Part shown: positions 1-6,972 of the stretch, piece after piece
How the letters are laid out: each line of letters opens with the position of its first letter
How positions within the stretch are numbered: the first letter of the stretch is position 1
Source: Planctopirus limnophila DSM 3776
GTDB lineage: Bacteria; Planctomycetota; Planctomycetia; Planctomycetales; Planctomycetaceae
Assembly (NCBI RefSeq): GCF_000092105.1
Contig: NC_014148.1
Coordinates: 990,001-1,022,000, forward strand
Direction: 5' to 3'
Length of the DNA: 32,000 bases
The notes under the pieces: generated by a model
What the model saw: only the letters and a program-made list of their open reading frames with translations
What the model was told of the DNA's origin: nothing
The model's database searches: none
Position numbers and translations under genes: made by a program

Positions 1-912
1 GATTTCCTGCGGGAACGTATCGAAAAGCTGCAAGGTCGCCGTCCACTCACTTACTTGAGAACGAGTGATCTGGAACCTCTCGATCGTCAGTTTCTGGTGG
101 AACGTCAACTCATCAGCCGCGAGCATGCCGAAGATCATGGACAATGCGGCGTTGGTGTCTCTTCCGAAGAAAATGTCAGCTTGATGGTCAATGAGGAAGA
201 TCATCTGCGGATGCAGGTGCTCCGCAGCGGGATGGATCTGGATGCCGCCTGGGCGGAGATCAATGAAATCGACGATCTCATGGAGCAGGAGGTCGCTTAC
301 GCTTTCGACTCTCAGTTTGGCTACCTGACCGCCTGCCCCACAAATGTGGGCACAGGGATCCGCGTGAGTGTGATGCTGCACTTACCAGCACTGGTCGCCA
401 CCAAAGAAATTCAGAAAGTCTTCCAGGCCTTGCAGAAGATTGGCCTGGCTGTGCGTGGCCTGTACGGCGAAGGAAGCCAGGCCATGGGGGATTTTTATCA
501 GATCTCCAACCAGGTCACACTCGGCAAGAGTGAAATCGACATCATGAAATCGATCAAAGATGTCGTCGCCCAGATTCTTGGCTACGAGCGCCGCGTGCGG
601 ACAGCACTCGTCAAAGAAAATCGACAGGCGCTGCATGATCAGGTCTCGCGAGCATTTGGCATTCTGCAGAACGCGCAGACCATCAGTTCCGAAGAAACCA
701 TGCACCTGCTGAGCAGTGTGCGCATGGGTGTGAATCTCGGCCTGATTGACGATGTGGAGATTCCCACAGTCAATGAACTCTTTATTCAGACTCAGCCCGC
801 ACACTTACAAAAGCTCAGGCACCAGAAGCTGGAATCAGCTGAACGGAACATTGCTCGTGCGGCCTATATTCGCCAGAGGCTGGCAGAAAATAACCCGCAC
901 ACCTCGGCTTAA
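1..912 (+). CDS. mcsB: Protein-arginine kinase McsB (ATP:guanido phosphotransferase family), 5' end lies upstream of the window
   Basis: Frame 1 is open from base 1 to the TAA at 910-912, so the listed TTG at 55 is not the true start. The translation carries the guanido-kinase active-site signature CPTNVGTGIR (LTACPTNVGTGIRVSVMLHLPAL) and an McsB-like C-terminal region. Confidence 0.85.
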   Translation, partial: DFLRERIEKLQGRRPLTYLRTSDLEPLDRQFLVERQLISREHAEDHGQCGVGVSSEENVSLMVNEEDHLRMQVLRSGMDLDAAWAEINEIDDLMEQEVAYAFDSQFGYLTACPTNVGTGIRVSVMLHLPALVATKEIQKVFQALQKIGLAVRGLYGEGSQAMGDFYQISNQVTLGKSEIDIMKSIKDVVAQILGYERRVRTALVKENRQALHDQVSRAFGILQNAQTISSEETMHLLSSVRMGVNLGLIDDVEIPTVNELFIQTQPAHLQKLRHQKLESAERNIARAAYIRQRLAENNPHTSA

Positions 913-970
913 TACTCACCCCTTTCACCTGGATCTTGATCGACACGAACATTTAGTCACTCGAGCACTG

Positions 971-1738
971 TTACAGATCGAGCAGGTTCACCGACTTGGG
1001 CTCCAGGAGCTCATCCAGAACTCTCTCTTTCGGAAGCTGGTCGATCAGTGCGTGGGCCATGCGTAAATCGTCTGGTGTCGTGATTTTCAGGTTGCAAGCC
1101 GAGCACTCGACGACATGAATGCTCTGCCCGGCCTCCTCGAGCATCTGAGCTTCGTCGGTCGGTTGTGCAGTTCGTCGAACGGAGATTGCCGCAAGAAGAT
1201 CCTTTCGCCGAAAGACCTGAGGCGTTTGTGCCAGCCAGAGTTGGTTTCGCGGGATTGTGGCCGTAATCCGTCCTTCTTCATTCACCTGTTTGACGGTGCT
1301 GGTCACTTTCTGGGCCAGGATTGCAGCGCCATATTGCTTCGCTGCGGCGAAAACATCGTCAATCCAGAGCTTGCTAATCAGCGGCCGGGCGGCATCGTGA
1401 ATCGCGACAAACTCGGCTTCTGGCTTCACTCGCTGCAGTGCTGCCTGCACCGAATCCGATCTCTCAGCACCACCTTCGCATAACTCAATATTCAGTAATG
1501 CCAGATGAGAGCGGAATTTCTCTTTGAACCACTCGATGTCTTCAGGCGAGAGCACCACGATCGTCTGAATAACATCTGGCCGTTCGACAAAATGTTCGAC
1601 GGCTCTGAGCCACACAGGACGGCCTTTAAGGTCGGCAAATACCTTTTTGCGACTGGCTGTTGAAGCCATGCGGTTATTGCCAGTAAATCGTGTGCTTTTC
1701 CCCGCAGCCGGGAGTACGACAGCAAACTTGCTCACCAC
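971..1738 (-). CDS. ispD: 2-C-methyl-D-erythritol 4-phosphate cytidylyltransferase (IspD)
   Basis: It has the N-terminal nucleotide-binding motif VVLPAAGKSTRF and the conserved VAIHDAARPL block typical of IspD. The maximal ORF starts at a TTG at 1750. GAGGAG at 1748-1743 precedes in-frame GTGs at 1738 and 1735, so the true start is probably one of those (uncertainty of 3-12 nt). Confidence 0.88.
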   Translation of the reverse strand: MVSKFAVVLPAAGKSTRFTGNNRMASTASRKKVFADLKGRPVWLRAVEHFVERPDVIQTIVVLSPEDIEWFKEKFRSHLALLNIELCEGGAERSDSVQAALQRVKPEAEFVAIHDAARPLISKLWIDDVFAAAKQYGAAILAQKVTSTVKQVNEEGRITATIPRNQLWLAQTPQVFRRKDLLAAISVRRTAQPTDEAQMLEEAGQSIHVVECSACNLKITTPDDLRMAHALIDQLPKERVLDELLEPKSVNLLDL

Positions 1739-1927
1739 AAGGCTCCTCAAAGATCGCTCGACCGTTGATTACATTATAAAGTGCCTGATCGGACAAGGAA
1801 GTCAGCGATCACCAACTCGCTGCTTGACGCCTCGAATCAGACGTTGTCTGATGACGAAAGAACGACTTCAGTAAGTCCGGTGCATAATGCATGTGAGTGC
1901 TTGTTAAGTGCCGGTCAATCATGATGA

Positions 1928-1933
1928 GAGGAG
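1928..1933 (+). promoter_or_regulatory. Shine-Dalgarno-like GAGGAG 7 nt upstream of the ATG at 1941
   Basis: Read directly from the sequence: gaGAGGAGctgcgagATG. It supports 1941 rather than the GTG at 1908 as the start of the downstream ORF. Confidence 0.45.
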
Positions 1934-1940
1934 CTGCGAG

Positions 1941-2522
1941 ATGAGTTTGAATGGTGTCCTGCGATTTGCGTGCAGTTTTCTGCTGGTAGCGAGTGTTGTC
2001 TCTGTTTCGACGACAATAGCATCGGCCGATGAGCCTAAGACCAACAAGGTCACGATCAAGGGATTAGAATTAGAAGTTCCTGCTGCCTGGAATTCTCAGC
2101 CACCCGCCAACAGTATGCGACTGGCTCAGTTTGTTGTGCCAGGAGCGACTCCTGAGGCTTCTGCCGAACTCGTGATCAGCTCATTTGGTGGAGCTGTCGA
2201 TGCGAACCTCAACCGCTGGGCTGCTCAGTTTGCTGCTGATGGTCGGGAAGTGAAGGTCACTCGCGGGAAAGTTCCTCAAGGTGAGTATTACCTCAGTGAC
2301 ATCACCGGGACATTCAACCAGCCCGTCGGGCCTCCGATGGCGGGTAAGACGAAAGCTGTTCCAGGGACTCGTTCCCTCTCCGTGATGCTCCTCACACCCG
2401 AAAAAGGGACCTTCTTTCTCAAACTCACGGGGCCGGATGCCACTGTTAAGGCTGCCGCCGATGATTTGAGAAAGACCTTCGGAGCATCTGCAAAAGACGA
2501 AACTCCATATACTCCACAGTAA
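1941..2522 (+). CDS. Secreted hypothetical protein (N-terminal signal peptide)
   Basis: The ORF has a hydrophobic signal-like N-terminus (MSLNGVLRFACSFLLVASVVSVSTTIASA/DE). I recognise no catalytic motif. The start at the ATG at 1941 was chosen because of the upstream GAGGAG; the ORF track start at 1908 is a GTG. Confidence 0.6.
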   Translation: MSLNGVLRFACSFLLVASVVSVSTTIASADEPKTNKVTIKGLELEVPAAWNSQPPANSMRLAQFVVPGATPEASAELVISSFGGAVDANLNRWAAQFAADGREVKVTRGKVPQGEYYLSDITGTFNQPVGPPMAGKTKAVPGTRSLSVMLLTPEKGTFFLKLTGPDATVKAAADDLRKTFGASAKDETPYTPQ

Positions 2523-2574
2523 TTCATGCTCAATAACTGACAGCAGCCACCAACGCCGGAGAGTGATGCAAATA

Positions 2575-4719
2575 TCACTTTCCGGCTCCTCTGTTTGATG
2601 CCGGCTGGGAACTTGAGAGTGGGCTGTTGGGAGCAGGGGCTGGGCTGGCTTGAATCATTTGCCAGGTTTGCGTCGCCACAAGCTGGCCACTCTGAGCATC
2701 CCGTAAGGTCTGCTCCCACTGAATTGTTCCAAAAGGAACTTCATCCGACAGCCACAAGTCCCTGCGATATCTCAGCACAGGTTGAGTTGATTTCGCGTTC
2801 GATTCCTGTGGAAAAGTGACCTCGCTCGCAGCACGTTGCGTCCGGAAGGCATCTCGCCTGAGTGGCGTCTTCAGATAACGAATCGGCCCGGGCGCATAAG
2901 GTCTCAGTAGTGGCAGTCCACGCAGAAAATTGAGATCATCCAGCTGCTGTGCGAGGGTGACTGGCTCGAACCATCTGAGAATGTTCGCCGGGCTTTTTCC
3001 GGCCATTAAACCCTCTCGATCAATCCAGAGAGTTCGCGTCTTTGTCGAGATGACCGCTATCTGAGGGACTTCATTCCAGTCCCCTGTCGATTCTTCTACA
3101 TCGACGCGTGTGTAGCGATTTTCTCCCTGCTGACGAACTTCACCTGTGGTTTCGAGCCTCAATGTCTGTCGTAAACCGGTAGGGGAAACTGCCTGCCAGA
3201 CAGCCGAGGCGGGTTCTGCAGGAATGCTGGAAAACCAGGTCGAGAGCTCAGCCATGAAGGGAGGCGGAGCCTGTTGATAGTTCAGCCAGCCCTGGCGTGC
3301 CATGGCTGTGAAGATCCAGGGCTGTTGCCACGGATTCCCCAGGGGGAGCCAGGCCGAGAAGATCGATATCGAGGCCAGCCCGACAATGAGTGCATATCGA
3401 GGCCAGCTGCTGAACCAGACGGTGAGTCTCGTGGCCGCCGAGACGATTCCAAAGGGAACCAGCCACAAAGCCCACCGCAGTGTGACGCTGACACCACCAT
3501 AATTGTAGTTCTGCGTGCGTGTCATATAAAACGACAGCACGATCACCCAGGTGGCAAGACTGAGTAACCCCAACTGTTCCTGGATCGTCAGATGCCAGCG
3601 AAATTTCTCCCTCCAGACACTTGGCAGAATCATGATCCAGGCAGGGATGGCCAGCAGCAGAAATGGCATCTGAGAGAACAGCCCGTGGTGACCCGCCAGG
3701 CAATGAAACAGATAGACCGGGAACGAATCGAGATTCAGATCAACGCCTTGCGGTTCCATCCAGTAACTGGGAATCCCCTCCTCCACAAAGCGATATCGTT
3801 CCGTTCCATACGAGGCATACAGCGGAATGACTTCTCCTGAGGCCACAAAATTGCACAACAGAAATGCTCCCAGAGGAAGGGCCGCACCACAGCCAAATCC
3901 CAGAGCTTCCTGGAGCAGTCCATCTCGCCGGGAGTGAAAACAGATTCGCACACAGGGAATGGCGACCAGCAGCACAGCAGCCGGCAGTTCGAAACAGAAC
4001 AGGAGACCCGCCAACAGACCTGTCACACTGGCCCACAGCTTTGGTGATCTCTGGCGAAGAGCATGCTTGATTTCTGACTCCACCTCGGAGGCGTCATTCA
4101 CCACTGGCAACACTGAGACCAGCCAGCCTGTCAGACTCCAGAGCACCATCAGAGAAATGGCGAAAGCAGGGACATGATTGTTCAATGTGGCCAGAAAAGG
4201 GATGGCCATCGTTCCAAAGGTGAGAACCACCAGCACGACGCCGGCTGTCCTCAGGCCACTCGAAATCACAGGCAGGACTCGTGAAATCAGCCACAGTCCC
4301 CCGAGATAAGGGACCAGATTCAAGATCAATAAGGTGATGCCGGAAACCCATTGGGTGTGCTGAATCAGATCCCAGCCCAACAATCGCAGTGGTGCGTAGA
4401 TGCCGGCTGCCAGCATGGCCAGCATCGGTGGCTTGGTGCTGTAAAAGTGACCGTCAATCTTGACCATGTCGATGGTATCCCAACCGGGAACTCGGCGGAT
4501 TTCATCGATCTGGAAAGTCCCCCGTTCAACAATCGACCAGACTGCACACCAGCGCGAACGGTCATTCGCACTTTGTAGAGGACGCGCCTGCAGGATGACG
4601 GCGGCTTGAATGACACCCGCGATCAGCAGGATCCAGAAGACAAAGTCGCGGTAATGTTTGAGTGAACTTCTGCAAGCGTGATCGCTTGAAAACGAGTTTG
4701 ATAAGGTGTCGTTCGACAT
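2575..4719 (-). CDS. Polytopic membrane protein, GT-C fold glycosyltransferase-like (ArnT/PMT_2-like) with a roughly 240-aa soluble C-terminal domain
   Basis: A 714-aa ORF with an ATG start at 4719. It has many hydrophobic helices over about the first 470 aa. The first extracytoplasmic loop carries acidic residues (QIDEIRR, WDTIDMVKIDGHFYSTKPPM); the YSxKPP-type motif is characteristic of ArnT/PMT-type GT-C enzymes. The C-terminal third is hydrophilic and unassigned. Confidence 0.6.
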   Translation of the reverse strand: MSNDTLSNSFSSDHACRSSLKHYRDFVFWILLIAGVIQAAVILQARPLQSANDRSRWCAVWSIVERGTFQIDEIRRVPGWDTIDMVKIDGHFYSTKPPMLAMLAAGIYAPLRLLGWDLIQHTQWVSGITLLILNLVPYLGGLWLISRVLPVISSGLRTAGVVLVVLTFGTMAIPFLATLNNHVPAFAISLMVLWSLTGWLVSVLPVVNDASEVESEIKHALRQRSPKLWASVTGLLAGLLFCFELPAAVLLVAIPCVRICFHSRRDGLLQEALGFGCGAALPLGAFLLCNFVASGEVIPLYASYGTERYRFVEEGIPSYWMEPQGVDLNLDSFPVYLFHCLAGHHGLFSQMPFLLLAIPAWIMILPSVWREKFRWHLTIQEQLGLLSLATWVIVLSFYMTRTQNYNYGGVSVTLRWALWLVPFGIVSAATRLTVWFSSWPRYALIVGLASISIFSAWLPLGNPWQQPWIFTAMARQGWLNYQQAPPPFMAELSTWFSSIPAEPASAVWQAVSPTGLRQTLRLETTGEVRQQGENRYTRVDVEESTGDWNEVPQIAVISTKTRTLWIDREGLMAGKSPANILRWFEPVTLAQQLDDLNFLRGLPLLRPYAPGPIRYLKTPLRRDAFRTQRAASEVTFPQESNAKSTQPVLRYRRDLWLSDEVPFGTIQWEQTLRDAQSGQLVATQTWQMIQASPAPAPNSPLSSSQPASNRGAGK

Positions 4720-4772
4720 TGAAGATCGTTCAAATCATCAGGAGGAGCATATTCGGGGGGGAACCATGGATC

Positions 4773-5825
4773 TCAAGCCGAGTGTAATCCATCGATCCCT
4801 AGACGAGAGATCGGAAAATGGTGAGGTCCCAGCTTCCCGCCATAATTACCAGCCGAAATGACTGTTAATCCCCGGACGCTGAGCAACGATTGAAACGCCG
4901 CTTTCATTGAACGTTCCACCGCATCGAAATCGACACCGTCAATCACGATCTCATAGACGGCAACTGTCCCCTCAGGGAGCAGCGGATCTTTGTGGATGGC
5001 ACCGATTGTCGGGCAGAATTGATCATTTGTACTGGCCCGGAGACCTGCATATTTCGACCCCACTTTACTTCCACTGCGAACAATTCCACCGGGGAAAGGG
5101 AGAATCACTCCCGGAATTGATCGAGCCGCCACGACGGCCTCTTCAGCGGCGAGCAACGTCTGTGCTTGAGTCGTTCCACCAAAGATCAGGTTACCACCTG
5201 CGACCCCTTTGCCAGTCCCGATAGAATCCTCGCACACGAATTCTCCATCCATTACGGGAATTCGCCAGTAGCGCTGATCACCAAGCATCTTGGACATCTG
5301 ATACCCGTCTCCGAAGTACCGTAATCCATCCCCCAGGGGAATTCGCTTTTGAGGATCTCCTTGCGGCCAGCCATCAAAGACCGCAGTGGTGGCACATGTT
5401 AAAAGACATTGTCCCACTCGATTCAACACAGCTTTGGCGAGTTGATCGCGACTGAAACTGAACATCAGTAACGCCACACCGGGCCGGCCGTCCGGCGTTT
5501 CATCCGGTGTCAGCTTCCTTTCGATCCCCGCTTCAAGATCACATCCGATCACACTCGTCGCGTACCCGGTAAATGTCACAGACGCAATATCGACCCATCG
5601 CTCCGTTTCGGCTGTCACAATCAATCGGGCAAATGACATCGGGAAGGCTTCGGCAAAAGTCTGCTCGACAATGACGCCCGATGAAGTTCGCAGCCAGCGC
5701 ACTCCTGCATGTGCGGGGTCTTCTTGCGAGAACCCCTTCAGTGTTGAACCCTCCGGCAAAGAGTTCTGGAGTTTGACAGCATCCCGGTTGGCTGGCTCAG
5801 ACAAAACAATTTCTTTCCGACACAA
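4773..5825 (-). CDS. ftr: Formylmethanofuran--tetrahydromethanopterin N-formyltransferase (Ftr / FhcD-like)
   Basis: It shows collinear similarity to archaeal/methylotroph Ftr across the whole length: TFAEAF, TPDGRPGV, RVGQC, YFGDGYQ, WRIPVMDGEFVCEDS, GVAGGN, PFPGGIVRSGSKVGSKY, ASTNDQFCPT, VYEIVIDG, ISAGNYGGKLG. The 5825 start is a TTG and there is no ATG before residue 63, so the true start is uncertain. Confidence 0.85.
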   Translation of the reverse strand: MCRKEIVLSEPANRDAVKLQNSLPEGSTLKGFSQEDPAHAGVRWLRTSSGVIVEQTFAEAFPMSFARLIVTAETERWVDIASVTFTGYATSVIGCDLEAGIERKLTPDETPDGRPGVALLMFSFSRDQLAKAVLNRVGQCLLTCATTAVFDGWPQGDPQKRIPLGDGLRYFGDGYQMSKMLGDQRYWRIPVMDGEFVCEDSIGTGKGVAGGNLIFGGTTQAQTLLAAEEAVVAARSIPGVILPFPGGIVRSGSKVGSKYAGLRASTNDQFCPTIGAIHKDPLLPEGTVAVYEIVIDGVDFDAVERSMKAAFQSLLSVRGLTVISAGNYGGKLGPHHFPISRLGIDGLHSA

Positions 5826-6167
5826 GTTTCAAATCGATCGTAATCATGCATGCTGAAGTGGAATTGGCCAGCAGAAGAACATGGTTATCACAAGTTTCGA
5901 CAGTTCTCGAAAGCATGCCGATCGATTTTGCACTTGGTATTTGAAGTCGATCAGCGACAGTCAGATTCTGTCAGAAAGGGATCCCCTAGCCATGCCCATT
6001 GATGCAGTGTGATTGCAAAAACGAAGAGGTTGAGTGATGATCAAAAGTTGATTCTCTTTCTTCATGATTGCTCTCTGCAATCATCACAAGATTCGCCGGG
6101 AAGTTCCGCACCAGGCTGAGGCACACACCTCTCGTGATCAATTTCTTACAACCGGAAAGCCGGTGAA

Positions 6168-6935
6168 ATGCTCGAAGCGAGTTTACTGACAAAAGATTTT
6201 GGAGAAGGAGCCAGCCGTGTACGGGCTGTGCATCAGCTCTCATTGACAGTTCAAGCGGGTGAAGTTTATGGCCTGCTGGGAGCCAATGGTGCTGGCAAGA
6301 CCACGACGTTACGCATGATCATGGGGTTATTGCCTCCCACTTCCGGAGAAGTGACTGTCGATGGCTTTCGCGTGACACGAGAGCCGGAAGAGGTGAAACG
6401 CCGGATTGGACTGGTCTCGGCAAGCACTGGCATTTACCAGTGGCTTACCCCGCGTGAGATGCTGGAATACTTTGGAAATATCTACAGTCTGAGTACTGAG
6501 CAGATTTCCCAACGCATCCTGGAATTAAGCCAATTGCTCGATTTTGCCAAATTCCTCGATCGAGCCTGTGGCAATCTCTCAACCGGGCAGAAGCAGCGGA
6601 TCAATCTGGCTCGCGCTCTGCTGCATGATCCTCCCATGATGCTCCTCGACGAACCGACACGAGGCCTCGATATCCTCGGGACTCAAGTGATCTTCGAATA
6701 TATCGGCCTGCTGAAATCTCAAGGAAAAGCCGTTGTCCTCTCAACCCACCGGCTCGATGAAGCAGAAAGGTTCGCTGACAGATTTGGCCTGATTGACCAG
6801 GGCTCACTTCGATTCGAGGGGACTCTATCCCAGTTGCAGGAACAGACAGGTTGTACCCATCTGGTCGACATGTTCGTCAAACATCTGGGGAAAACGCTCC
6901 TTGCCCCAGCTTCTGACTCTCCGGCAGCAGTTTAA
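6168..6935 (+). CDS. ABC transporter ATP-binding protein (ABC-2/NatA-like subfamily)
   Basis: Walker A GANGAGKTTT, ABC signature LSTGQKQR and Walker B MMLLDEPTRGLD are all present. ATG start at 6168. Confidence 0.9.
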   Translation: MLEASLLTKDFGEGASRVRAVHQLSLTVQAGEVYGLLGANGAGKTTTLRMIMGLLPPTSGEVTVDGFRVTREPEEVKRRIGLVSASTGIYQWLTPREMLEYFGNIYSLSTEQISQRILELSQLLDFAKFLDRACGNLSTGQKQRINLARALLHDPPMMLLDEPTRGLDILGTQVIFEYIGLLKSQGKAVVLSTHRLDEAERFADRFGLIDQGSLRFEGTLSQLQEQTGCTHLVDMFVKHLGKTLLAPASDSPAAV

Positions 6936-6972
6936 GTACGCAAATACGCCAGCACGCAAACAAGCACACGAA

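Noticed and set aside
5986-6243. An 85-aa minus-strand ORF overlapping the start of the ABC ATPase gene.
   Set aside because: It has no motifs, it overlaps the ATPase N-terminus, and it sits in a region containing palindromic repeats that are more likely regulatory.
6793-6972. An N-terminal extension of the permease/CPBP ORF that overlaps the ABC ATPase gene by 143 nt.
   Set aside because: The extension (MTRAHFDSRGLYPSCRNRQVV...) is not hydrophobic or family-like, and it overlaps a confidently called CDS in another frame. In-frame ATGs at 6973 and 7003 give a normal gene spacing.
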